DNA of 24,000 nucleotides from Dellaglioa kimchii. Its GTDB lineage: Bacteria > Bacillota > Bacilli > Lactobacillales > Lactobacillaceae. Location: contig NZ_CP170737.1 of NCBI RefSeq assembly GCF_046115505.1, positions 15,908 to 39,907 of the forward strand, written 5' to 3'. Under the pieces are notes generated by a model, which worked only from the letters and a program-made list of their open reading frames with translations, did no database searches and was not told the DNA's origin. A program made the translations under genes and the position numbers. Below are positions 15,103-22,653 of the stretch, in pieces (within the stretch, counting starts at the first letter, position 1; the number at the start of each line of letters is the position of its first letter).

Positions 15103-15286
15103 AGAATGATTGCACAACTTCAAATTAATCGAGTAATAGAGATAATTAAGGATTACACTACATTTTTTATCTCTATTACTTGTTTATATTTATCTAGATG
15201 TTCAAAGTCAAAATGATATATCAACCATACTCTTGTGGCGCGGGTTGAATATAAGATACATGAAATTGTATAAAATCGTGTATCGA

Positions 15287-15314
15287 GAATCCTATATCTA
15301 TAGGGTTCTTTTTT
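15287..15314 (+). terminator. terminator-like hairpin
   Basis: GAATCCTATA-tc-TATAGGGTTC (one G-U pair) is followed by T6. It lies ~185 nt after the ATPase stop. Confidence 0.5.
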
Positions 15315-15330
15315 GATAACCCCCTCCAAT

Positions 15331-15364
15331 ACATGATTTCGTGGTATACTGAATGAAATCATGT
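15331..15364. promoter_or_regulatory. 10-14-10 inverted repeat ACATGATTTC...GAAATCATGT enclosing an extended -10 (TGGTATACT)
   Basis: Read directly from the sequence. TATACT lies at 15345-15350, preceded by TG. The repeat ends 31 nt before the recombinase start. Confidence 0.35.
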
Positions 15365-15394
15365 ATCGTTTTTTTGAGAGGAGAGCCATTTTCA

Positions 15395-15946
15395 ATGACG
15401 TATAACGTCCAACCATTAAGAACGCAGCAAGAAATCAACGACTTTTTATTTTGTTTAAGGCGCAATAAAAACGCCGAACGCGACGTTTTTCTGTTTTTGA
15501 TCGGCATTAATAGCGGTTTACGCATGTCTGATATCGTGAAATTAAAGAAAAAAGACGTGATTTCCTCGAAAAACCCACGTATTGTGGAGCAAAAAACCGG
15601 AAAAACACGCATTTTATATTTAAGCAGCCTGCAGGAGTTGATCCAGGACTACACGAAAGACCTGAAGCCAGAAGATTATTTGTTTCCCAGTACTAAAGGC
15701 GGTCATTTAGAAGTCAATACGGTCTATCAGATGTTTCAAAAGGTCGCCGCATTATTAGATCGGGACGATATCGGCACGCACACGCTGCGCAAGACCTTTG
15801 GTTACCATTACTACAAGAAAACCAAAGACGTGGCCACACTCATGGAAATCTTCGGTCACAGCAGTGAAAAAATCACGAAGCGCTATATCGGGATTAATGA
15901 AGACGAAATTAGCGAGACGTTATTAAATTTTAGACTCGGTTTTTAA
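15395..15946 (+). CDS. small tyrosine recombinase (catalytic domain only), 183 aa, paralogous in type to 8533-9123
   Basis: Signature residues are in GLRMSDI (Arg), GTHTLRKTFGY (HxxR), FGHSS (His) and ITKRYIG (Tyr). ATG 15395 is preceded by GAGAGGAGAG. The tracked start at 15353 lacks an SD. Confidence 0.85.
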   Translation: MTYNVQPLRTQQEINDFLFCLRRNKNAERDVFLFLIGINSGLRMSDIVKLKKKDVISSKNPRIVEQKTGKTRILYLSSLQELIQDYTKDLKPEDYLFPSTKGGHLEVNTVYQMFQKVAALLDRDDIGTHTLRKTFGYHYYKKTKDVATLMEIFGHSSEKITKRYIGINEDEISETLLNFRLGF

Positions 15947-15973
15947 ATCTATATTAATTAAGGAGAAAGTGTA

Positions 15974-16165
15974 ATGAAAAAAATGAGTGCATATGTAAAA
16001 AATATAATTCTTACTCATCCGGTATTATCAATTATTATTCTTTTAGTTATTCCAATTTTTGTGTACTTAATCGCTCTTGTTATTGGATTGAAGTCAATAT
16101 TTGAGACAGATTTTAAGAGACATTCAGAACCGCGTTTACCTTCCACAGCTCAAATAAATCATTAA
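15974..16165 (+). pseudogene. N-terminal fragment of a small membrane-protein gene interrupted by the IS3-family element
   Basis: A good SD AAGGAG is present and there is one clear TM segment (PVLSIIILLVIPIFVYLIALVIGL). From 16102 onward the reading frame runs inside the IS terminal repeat, so the last ~21 codons are IS-derived. Confidence 0.4.
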
Positions 16166-16205
16166 TCGCGATTAATAACTTATTTGAACCCTGGAAAGCA
16201 TTAAA

Positions 16206-17135
16206 TCAGGCGGCCATTTGGCTCGTAAGTGTTGCAATTTCAACTTGTAAGGGGGTCTGGTAGCCCAGTGAACTATGAATTCTCTTCCTATTGTAGAAAG
16301 CATGCACATATTCAAAAAGGACGGCAGCAGCAGTTTCATAATCTTCAAAGACCGGCACTGGATAAACACATTCCTTTTTGAGGGAAGCGTGAAAGGATTC
16401 CATTGGCGCATTATCATACGGACAACCCTTACGGCTGTATGAGTGGCGGATATGTAGCTCAGTTAAACGTTGATTGTAATCATCGCTGGTATACTGTGAT
16501 CCTAAATCCGTATGGATAATCAGGTCCCCAGTAATGGTTCGATTTTTAACCGCGCTTTCAAGGGTCTTTAAGACTAAATCAGTATCCATCTTTTTTGAGA
16601 ACGAATAACCGATAATCCGTCGTGAGTGCAGGTCCATGATGGTTGATAAGTAACACCAGCCATTACGCTTCGTTTGAATATAGGTCATATCAGCGGTCCA
16701 TTTTTGATTTAAACCAGTGGTCGAGAAATCCTGCTTAAGCAAGTTGGGACGCTGTTCAACCTTGGTTTTGGAAGCCGAAGCCGCTTTCCACTTATTGACG
16801 GTAACGGAGTGGATATCCAGTTCCTTCATGAGCCGGGAAATCCGTCGTGGACTGCACCGAAGCTGCAGTGGTTGAAGTTCCAGATTCAATTCATGGTGGA
16901 TCTTCATAACACCGTATCGCTGCTTAAATTCCGCAAAGATCCGCAGAATCCGTTGTTTCAAGTCCGCATCTTCGGCCCGGCGTTTTGAAGGTTTGGGGGA
17001 TCGATAACGATAATACTGAGCTCTGGAAACACCGAGGATTCGGCACATCTTGGTTACCTGGTGGTGATGGCTTTCTTGGTGAATGTAATCAAAGATATTG
17101 GTTACTTCTGCGCAAGGAAGCCCAGGGCTTTTTTT
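16206..17135 (-). CDS. IS3-family transposase OrfB (DDE integrase-like domain), expressed as an OrfAB fusion by -1 frameshifting
   Basis: WTADMTYIQT..., HTDLGSQYTS and NAPMESFHASLKKE carry the D, D and E motif contexts of IS3 transposases. The frame is open from the slippery site (KKSPGLPCAEVTNIFDYIHQESHHHQVTKMCRILGVSRAQYY). The first ATG is at 17048. Confidence 0.85.
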   Translation of the reverse strand, partial: KKSPGLPCAEVTNIFDYIHQESHHHQVTKMCRILGVSRAQYYRYRSPKPSKRRAEDADLKQRILRIFAEFKQRYGVMKIHHELNLELQPLQLRCSPRRISRLMKELDIHSVTVNKWKAASASKTKVEQRPNLLKQDFSTTGLNQKWTADMTYIQTKRNGWCYLSTIMDLHSRRIIGYSFSKKMDTDLVLKTLESAVKNRTITGDLIIHTDLGSQYTSDDYNQRLTELHIRHSYSRKGCPYDNAPMESFHASLKKECVYPVPVFEDYETAAAVLFEYVHAFYNRKRIHSSLGYQTPLQVEIATLTSQMAA

Positions 17136-17353
17136 AGGATTTCGTTCTCCTCAGACAGCGAAGCCAGTCGCTTTTCCATCGCTTTGATTTCGTCTGGCGA
17201 TTTACCGGATTGAGTTTTGGCCTGGCCCTGGATCCACTTATGAACTGTTGAATAGCCAATGCCATATTCTCTGGCCAGTTGAGCAGCTGATTCGCCTTGC
17301 TTATATAGGTTGATAATGTTTTGTTTGAATTCTTTGTCGTAACGAGTTGGCAT
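17102..17353 (-). CDS. IS3-family transposase OrfA (HTH), 83 aa
   Basis: The product reads MPTRYDKEFKQNIINLYKQGESAAQLAREYGIGYSTVHKWI, followed by a leucine-zipper-like tail LASLSEENEILKKALGF. The gene ends just after the A7 site. Confidence 0.85.
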   Translation of the reverse strand: MPTRYDKEFKQNIINLYKQGESAAQLAREYGIGYSTVHKWIQGQAKTQSGKSPDEIKAMEKRLASLSEENEILKKALGFLAQK

Positions 17354-17444
17354 GTAAAAATTCCTTCCTTTTGAGAGACGATTTATTCATTATACCCTCT
17401 CTTAAAAGTTGTCTCAGGAATCAGCTTACATCCACCTTAAAAAA

Positions 17445-17484
17445 TTGATTTTTAGTACAAATTAAAGTACAATATTAAGTACAA
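17445..17484 (+). promoter_or_regulatory. promoter (TTGATT-17-TACAAT) overlapped by three 12-bp-phased AGTACAA repeats, a likely antitoxin operator
   Basis: TTGATT lies at 17445-17450 and TACAAT at 17468-17473. AGTACAA occurs at 17454, 17466 and 17478. GTAC-core repeats are the type of operator described for YefM/Axe-class antitoxins. Confidence 0.55.
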
Positions 17485-17500
17485 TGAAAGGGTGGTAAAT

Positions 17501-17779
17501 ATGACATTAGCACTAACACAGAGCGATTTTCGCGCTAACCTAAAAAAATATTTAGATCAAGTTAATGACGAAGACGAAACCGTTTATATTGCTCGTTCAA
17601 ATAGTCGCGCAGTAGCAATCGTTTCACAAGAAAAAATGGACTGGCTAGAACGAGCATTAAAAGCTAAAGAAGGTTCGTTAGAATATGCAATTGCACGTGA
17701 TCAGTTAATTAAACGCCATGTTTTACCTGACGATGAAATTGTTGAATCAGATGATGATTATTGGGGTCAGTTTAAATAA
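17501..17779 (+). CDS. Phd/YefM-family antitoxin, 92 aa
   Basis: It reads MTLALTQSDFRANLKKYLDQVNDEDETVYIARSNSRAVAIVSQEKMDWLE and has an acidic C-terminus (VESDDDYW). ATG 17501 has the SD AAAGGGTGG. The stop overlaps the toxin start (TAATG). Confidence 0.8.
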   Translation: MTLALTQSDFRANLKKYLDQVNDEDETVYIARSNSRAVAIVSQEKMDWLERALKAKEGSLEYAIARDQLIKRHVLPDDEIVESDDDYWGQFK

Positions 17780-18135
17780 TGAAAAAACTAAGGTTTAAAC
17801 CACGTGCAACCTTTAATGCTGATCTAAAACGGTTAGCCAGTTTAGATAAATCTATTATTGATGAAGTTCGAGCAGCCATTGACCTGTTGCTTGAGCAACA
17901 ACAATTACCATCAGAATTTGAAGATCATGAGCTTAATCGGCGAATGAGCGGTTATAATGAATTTCACTTACGAGATACCCCGAAAAACAAAACACCAAGC
18001 GAAACTAACGATGTCCTGGTGGTTTATACGATTGATACAGATGAACTAGTCTTAATTGGCATTCGAGTCGGATCGCATGATCGTTTATTTCCTGGTCAAA
18101 ATCGTTCCAAAAGGTATCGAAAAAATGACGAATAA
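17779..18135 (+). CDS. YafQ/RelE-family mRNA interferase toxin, 118 aa
   Basis: The pattern FNADLKRL...LPSEFEDHELNRRMSGYNEFHL...VLVVYTIDTDELVLIGIRVGSHDRLF matches the YafQ-type pattern (DH-L-G---G--E-H; R-GSH--LF). An extra loop (RDTPKNKTPSETND) is present. Confidence 0.75.
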   Translation: MKKLRFKPRATFNADLKRLASLDKSIIDEVRAAIDLLLEQQQLPSEFEDHELNRRMSGYNEFHLRDTPKNKTPSETNDVLVVYTIDTDELVLIGIRVGSHDRLFPGQNRSKRYRKNDE

Positions 18136-18143
18136 GAGAAGTC

Positions 18144-18247
18144 ATTTATAACATATAAAAACAAATAACCCCCAATATCTACATTATAGATATTGGGGGC
18201 TATTCTTTCAATGTTTTCGAGGGGCGATTTATCACAAATAGACCCTC
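18144..18247 (+). repeat. copy B of the ~105-bp imperfect inverted repeat; includes a bidirectional terminator hairpin (18169-18199)
   Basis: It aligns with the reverse complement of 7731-7836. The hairpin is CCCCCAATATCT-7 nt-AGATATTGGGGG, followed by TTTTCGAGGGG and a second GAGGG...CCCTC hairpin. It lies between the convergent YafQ-like and reductase genes. Confidence 0.7.
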
Positions 18248-18253
18248 TTGTTG

Positions 18254-19585
18254 TTAAATTAATGTTCTAATTTTATATGCTAAACCAGGGAAAGCCATTA
18301 CCATCTTTTCTTTCCAAACCTCTGGATCAACATCAATTGCCATAACAGGAATTAGTGAATTGATATCATCTACTGCTGTTTGGCTAATTTCAGCAGCGCC
18401 CACGAGATGATTTTGCTTGTCAAAGACTAATGATAATCGTGCGTGATCATCTGTTCCAGCATAAAAAAAGTCACCTTGAGTAATATCAATATCTTTAATT
18501 GAATAATTACTGTCTTCCTTTGCTTTATCAATACTAATTCCAGCTTGAGCGAGTTGGGGGAATGTGAACGTAACGGTTCCAATTACTGGGTACCTAAGAG
18601 GTTCAGTTGTTTTATTAGTAAGTAAGGCACTTAAGTAGTCTGCTTCAAACTGTGCCGTAGAGGTTAATGCTGGTGCGGTTTTATCAACAATATCGCCCAT
18701 TGCGTAAATGTTATTTGCTGATGTGGTCAAATATTTATCAACTTTAATTCCGCGGTTGCTGTACTCTACACCAGCATTATCAAGTTTCAATGCATTAATT
18801 TCAGGAACTCTACCACTGGCATTAATAACTTTATCAAAAGTGCCAAGGTTGCCGTTAGCTGATTGAACCTCATAGCCAGTTTGTGCTTCGGTAACAGCTG
18901 TAACATTTGTGTTAAATATAAAATTAATACCAAGTGAGTTTTTCATTTCATCAACTAACTGATGAACGTGTTGGCTGTAAAATCCCTCTAGTGGTTGGCC
19001 GGATCGGACAATAACTGTTACTTTAACCCCGGCAGCAGACAACAATGTAGCAAATTCCATACCAACGTAACCACTTCCGATAATTGCGACGTTCTTTGGA
19101 GTATCTTCGAGTTCAAAAAGGTTAGTACTAGTAAGTAGGTACTCGTGGCCAGGAATGTTAAGAGGATGCGGCTTTTTTCCGGTTGCGATTACAAAATTAT
19201 CAGCAGTGATTTTTTTATTATTAACTTCAATGGTATGTTGATCAACAAATGATGCTTCACCCTTGATGGTAGTCGCACCCAGGCCTTCATACATACTTTG
19301 CATATTATTTAGGAATGACGCCATAGCCTTATTCTTTTGCTGAATAAGTTCTTTCCAGTCAAGCTTAGCTGGTTGAGTAATTCCCTTACCTTGCAAACGC
19401 ATTGAAGTTAAGGTTGCTCGTGCTGCTCCTTCTAAGAAAATCTTGGGTTCGCAGCCTTCGTTAGGGCAAATTCCGCCAAACCGATTCTTTTCAACAACCG
19501 CGATTTTCTTTCCGCTATTCTGCATTCCCAATAGGAAACGATAAACTGATGGCCCACTGCCAATAACAACGTAGTCAAACTTCAT
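18254..19585 (-). CDS. class I pyridine-nucleotide-disulfide oxidoreductase, glutathione-reductase-like, 443 aa
   Basis: The FAD fold is DYVVIGSGPS. The redox-active CxxxxC is GGICPNEGCEPK. The NAD(P)H fold is VAIIGSGYVGMEF. The C-terminal region reads VMAFPGLAYKI where GR and LipDH have the HP---E dyad, so the His-Glu pair appears to be missing. Confidence 0.8.
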   Translation of the reverse strand: MKFDYVVIGSGPSVYRFLLGMQNSGKKIAVVEKNRFGGICPNEGCEPKIFLEGAARATLTSMRLQGKGITQPAKLDWKELIQQKNKAMASFLNNMQSMYEGLGATTIKGEASFVDQHTIEVNNKKITADNFVIATGKKPHPLNIPGHEYLLTSTNLFELEDTPKNVAIIGSGYVGMEFATLLSAAGVKVTVIVRSGQPLEGFYSQHVHQLVDEMKNSLGINFIFNTNVTAVTEAQTGYEVQSANGNLGTFDKVINASGRVPEINALKLDNAGVEYSNRGIKVDKYLTTSANNIYAMGDIVDKTAPALTSTAQFEADYLSALLTNKTTEPLRYPVIGTVTFTFPQLAQAGISIDKAKEDSNYSIKDIDITQGDFFYAGTDDHARLSLVFDKQNHLVGAAEISQTAVDDINSLIPVMAIDVDPEVWKEKMVMAFPGLAYKIRTLI

Positions 19586-19602
19586 TTATAGCTTCCCTCC
19601 AT

Positions 19603-19734
19603 TTATTTTGTTTTCTTCTTCTTATCCTCAGTTTGCTTTTGATGTTCAGAGATATTACAACCGTCTGGCCCACATACAGCAGCATCATTATTATCGCCAA
19701 ATATTGTATTAAATTGTGGCTTATCTTCGGTCAT
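19603..19734 (-). CDS. small 43-aa Cys-pair protein absent from the ORF track (MTEDKPQFNTIFGDNNDAAVCGPDGCNISEHQKQTEDKKKKTK)
   Basis: A strong SD TAGGAGGAA lies 6 nt before ATG 19734. The gene fills the 161-nt gap between the DsbA-like and reductase genes on the same strand. It carries a CGPDGC motif and a Lys-rich tail. Confidence 0.5.
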   Translation of the reverse strand: MTEDKPQFNTIFGDNNDAAVCGPDGCNISEHQKQTEDKKKKTK

Positions 19735-19746
19735 CGTAAATTCCTC

Positions 19747-20394
19747 CTAATTTTCTTCTTCTTGAACTCGCTTTAAGGCTTTAACAAAAACTTCATATGG
19801 TTGGGCACCACTAATTGCATACTTATTATTGATTACAAAAAAAGGTGCAGCATGAATACCGGATTGTTGAGCCTCTGCCTCGTCATTGACCACAGCTTGA
19901 TGATATTGGTTAGAATTAAGCACTTTTTCTACTTCGTCTTTAGCAAGCCCAGCTTCCATTGCCGCATTTAATAGCACATCATGGTCAGAAATCGATTGAC
20001 CATCACTAAAGTAAACTTGGTAGAAGCGTCTAATTACTCGTTCAGTCAAATCAGGATCATTTTTAGCTTCTGCGAATTTAATAATCCGGTGCGCATCCAT
20101 AGTATTTGTAGGTACTACACTGTCAAGATCCATTGGTAGACCATCGTTATGCGCCATTTGTTCGATGTAAGCCATTTGCTTTTTGGCCTGTGGCTCCATT
20201 GCCTTATTTCCCTGAGTGAAGTGATTAATGTATCCTTCATCGGTTTCCTTTGGTGTTGCAGGGTTAAGCTCGAATGATTTGAACTCTAATTCAGTTGTGT
20301 CATAAATACCAATTTCCTTCATTGCTCGTTTCATTCGGTTAGAACCGATATAACAAAAGGGGCAAGCAATGTCTGACCAATATTTGATTTCCAT
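19747..20394 (-). CDS. DsbA-family thiol oxidoreductase, FrnE-like subgroup (cytoplasmic), 215 aa
   Basis: The N-terminal active site is WSDIACPFCYIG. The C-terminal region GIHAAPFFVINNKYAISGAQPYEVF is typical of FrnE/DsbA-like proteins. No signal peptide is present. Confidence 0.85.
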   Translation of the reverse strand: MEIKYWSDIACPFCYIGSNRMKRAMKEIGIYDTTELEFKSFELNPATPKETDEGYINHFTQGNKAMEPQAKKQMAYIEQMAHNDGLPMDLDSVVPTNTMDAHRIIKFAEAKNDPDLTERVIRRFYQVYFSDGQSISDHDVLLNAAMEAGLAKDEVEKVLNSNQYHQAVVNDEAEAQQSGIHAAPFFVINNKYAISGAQPYEVFVKALKRVQEEEN

Positions 20395-20412
20395 AAAGTA
20401 ATTTTCCTCTCT

Positions 20413-21357
20413 TTAATCTTTAACCGTTTGCCGATGCTTTATGGCTTCGAAATATTCAAAGGCGTTTTGCCCAGCAATACCACCATCGCCAACCGCAGTG
20501 GTAATTTGCCGCAGTTGCTTTTGCCGGACATCACCAATTGCATAGATTCCAGGAATTGTTGTTTCCATTTGATCGTTAGTTATAATCCAACCAGCTTGAT
20601 CGGTAATATTTAAATTATTGAAAATTTGGCTATTTGGAAAGTTACCGACATAAACGAAAACTCCATCAGTGTCTAGAGTTGTATCATCACCGACCTGATT
20701 GTTATGAATTTTTACTCCAGTAACATGATTTTCATCACCTAAAATCTCTGTCACACTAGTATTCCAAGTGAAATCTATCTTATCGTTATCAAAAGCACGA
20801 TTTTGTAATACCTTTTGTGCCCGTAACTGATCGCGACGATGAATGACATTAACTCCATCAGTGACATTAGCTAAGTACAATCCTTCAGAAATTGCTGAAT
20901 CACCACCGCCAACTACAGTAACATTCTTTCCTTTAAAGAAAGAACCATCACATACTGCACAGTAAGAAACCCCTTTTCCGGAGAACTTTTCTTCACCTGG
21001 TACACCTAATTTTCGATTATTAGATCCTGTTGCAATAATTACTGCGCTTGCTACTAACTCGTCACTATCGGTTTGAATATGCTTCATTTGTTGATCATCA
21101 ACGGTAACGTTTTGGACATCACCATATACAAAATTTACTCCGGCCTTAACGGTTCCTTGATACATTTTCTCACCAAGTTCAGGACCCTTAATTGTTGTAA
21201 AACCAGGGTAGTTTTCAATGTCATCGGTGTTGTTCATTTGTCCACCATAAATACCGCGATCAAGCATTGCTACATTTAAATTAGCTCGTGCTGCATATAA
21301 GGCAGCGGTCATTCCACCAGGACCGGCCCCAATCACTACTACATCATATTTCCTCAT
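20413..21357 (-). CDS. trxB: thioredoxin-disulfide reductase, 314 aa
   Basis: It has VVVIGAGPGGMTAALYAAR (FAD), the redox centre SYCAVCDGSFF (CAVC), VVGGGDSAISEG (NADPH) and GIYAIGDV. Confidence 0.9.
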   Translation of the reverse strand: MRKYDVVVIGAGPGGMTAALYAARANLNVAMLDRGIYGGQMNNTDDIENYPGFTTIKGPELGEKMYQGTVKAGVNFVYGDVQNVTVDDQQMKHIQTDSDELVASAVIIATGSNNRKLGVPGEEKFSGKGVSYCAVCDGSFFKGKNVTVVGGGDSAISEGLYLANVTDGVNVIHRRDQLRAQKVLQNRAFDNDKIDFTWNTSVTEILGDENHVTGVKIHNNQVGDDTTLDTDGVFVYVGNFPNSQIFNNLNITDQAGWIITNDQMETTIPGIYAIGDVRQKQLRQITTAVGDGGIAGQNAFEYFEAIKHRQTVKD

Positions 21358-21380
21358 TAAATTTCAATCCAATCTACTTA

Positions 21381-21576
21381 TTAGTCGTCACGTAACGCTA
21401 ATCCCTTATCCAATGAACGATTAACAATGACTTCTTGTGCATCAATAATGGTTAACCACTATATAATCTAAATGGTCTTGGTCTTTATGGGTTTCAGTTT
21501 TCTTATTAAGGAGTCGGACATAACTTTCAGTTGCTAACGTCCCCATACCGCCAAGAATAGTTAAAAAACTCTTCAT
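21381..21576 (-). pseudogene. aspartate/glutamate-racemase-family remnant (N-terminal 44 codons plus a short out-of-frame C-terminal piece)
   Basis: It reads MKSFLTILGGMGTLATESYVRLLNKKTETHKDQDHLDYIVVNHY*, with the racemase motif GGMG--AT, then an internal deletion. Its ATG overlaps the preceding stop (TAATG). Confidence 0.55.
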
Positions 21577-21898
21577 TAGTTAATAGTGTTGGTAATGAAG
21601 TTTTCGACTTCTTCTTTAGTCTTCCGATCTTTATTGACAAGCCTTCCGATTTCTTGCCCATCTCTAAAAATAACGAAGCTTGGAATACCAAAGATATTTA
21701 GTTCTTGAGCCAATTCGGTATTCTCATCACGATCGACACTGATGAAAGTGTAATCTTTGAATTCTTGTTCAATTTCTGGTAGATGAGGCTTGATAAAGCT
21801 ACAATCAGGGCACCAAGAAGCTATAAAAATTAAAATATATTTTCCATTCTTCAGTTTTTTATCAAATTCTTTTTATTCATTACTGATAGTTGTTCCAT
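21576..21898 (-). pseudogene. thioredoxin-family gene (WCPDC active site) with a frameshift in a homopolymer
   Basis: The SD GAGGGGAG and ATG 21898 give MEQLSVMNKK. After a run of 5 A (plus strand T5, 21870-21874) the frame must shift to read EFDKKLKNGKYILIFIASWCPDCSFIKPHLPEIEQEF...GIPSFVIFRDGQEIGRL...*. The span is 323 nt, one less than a multiple of 3. The ORF track misses it because the long frame has no start codon. Confidence 0.65.
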
Positions 21899-21918
21899 TT
21901 AGCTTCTCCCCTCTTAAC

Positions 21919-22233
21919 CTAATTAGTATATTGAGCAAGAACGGTTTTAAGTTGGTCCTTACTGTGGAGGCCAACCAGCTTATCAACTACTTGGCCATCT
22001 TTTTTGATAATTAAGGTTGGAATAGACATAATTCCAAATGCCATTGGTGTTTTTTGATTTGCATCTACGTCCATTTTAGTGATTTTGACTTTATCGCCAA
22101 TTTCTTTATCAAGTTGTTCAATAATCGGTCCTTGCATTCGACATGGAGGACACCAAGTAGCCCAAAAATCAGTTAATGTAACACCGGTACTAGTTTCTTT
22201 CACAAAGTCTTTGTCAGTTAAGTTCTTAACCAT
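21919..22233 (-). CDS. trxA: thioredoxin, 104 aa, WCPPC active site
   Basis: It reads VTLTDFWATWCPPCRMQGPIIEQL...MSIPTLIIKKDGQVVDKLVG, with canonical Trx length and cis-Pro context, but CPPC instead of CGPC. An SD AAAGGAG lies upstream. Confidence 0.85.
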   Translation of the reverse strand: MVKNLTDKDFVKETSTGVTLTDFWATWCPPCRMQGPIIEQLDKEIGDKVKITKMDVDANQKTPMAFGIMSIPTLIIKKDGQVVDKLVGLHSKDQLKTVLAQYTN

Positions 22234-22246
22234 AAGAGTCGCTCCT

Positions 22247-22528
22247 TTATAGGTAATATTTAATTAAAGTTGTTAATTGTGATTGATCAATAAAACGGGT
22301 AATTTTTTCAACGATTTTTCCATCACGCAGCAAAATAGTACTGGGTGCGGAATAAACATTGTATTTTTTTGCTAGTTCTGGGTGAGCATCTGAATTCACT
22401 ACCCGAACGTTTAAATATGAATTAAAGTCATGGCTAATCTTATTTATTATTGGTCGCTGCGTATAACACTGGGCGCACCAATTATTCTCAAAATTAATTA
22501 AGGTTAGCGTTTTATCAATAGTAGACAA
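22247..22528 (-). CDS. thioredoxin-like protein, 93 aa, WCAQC motif
   Basis: It reads LINFENNWCAQCYTQRPIINKI...YSAPSTILLRDGKIVEKI, a Trx fold pattern. The start is TTG with a weak SD (AAAGG). Confidence 0.65.
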   Translation of the reverse strand: MSTIDKTLTLINFENNWCAQCYTQRPIINKISHDFNSYLNVRVVNSDAHPELAKKYNVYSAPSTILLRDGKIVEKITRFIDQSQLTTLIKYYL

Positions 22529-22546
22529 GTTATGTCACTGCCTTTC

Positions 22547-22574
22547 AATTATTCAATTGTTTACTTGAATAGTT
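22547..22574. promoter_or_regulatory. 10-8-10 inverted repeat AATTATTCAA-ttgtttac-TTGAATAGTT in the leader of the thioredoxin operon
   Basis: The arms match at 9/10. The half-site TTGAATAGTT recurs in the palindrome upstream of the ArsR-rhodanese gene. Confidence 0.3.
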
Positions 22575-22610
22575 CAATAATATCATATACTTTTTGTAAG
22601 TCAATATAAA

Positions 22611-22645
22611 AGCACGATTTAATCAATAAATGACTAAATCGTGCT
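22611..22645 (-). terminator. terminator-like hairpin after the ArsR-rhodanese gene
   Basis: AGCACGATTTA-13 nt-TAAATCGTGCT forms an 11-bp stem. On the minus strand it is followed by TTTTATATT. Confidence 0.5.
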
Positions 22646-22653
22646 TAAACTGT

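Larger units (their letters stand above)
16102..17416 (-). mobile_element. IS3-family insertion sequence, 1315 bp, orfA/orfB with a -1 frameshift site
   Basis: The terminal inverted repeats are TGAGACAGATTTTAAGAGA (16102-) and the reverse complement of 17398-17416, TGAGACAACTTTTAAGAGA (17/19), with TG...CA ends. There are two overlapping ORFs and an A7 slippery run (plus strand T7, 17129-17135). The flanking triplets (ATT / GGA) do not match, so no target duplication is visible. Confidence 0.85.

Noticed and set aside
15153-15612. Minus-strand ORFs 15153-15416 and 15298-15612 and the extended plus-strand start at 15353
   Set aside because: They overlap the terminator, the promoter palindrome and the recombinase N-terminus, and they have no SD. 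The recombinase start at 15395 with GAGAGGAGAG explains the region.
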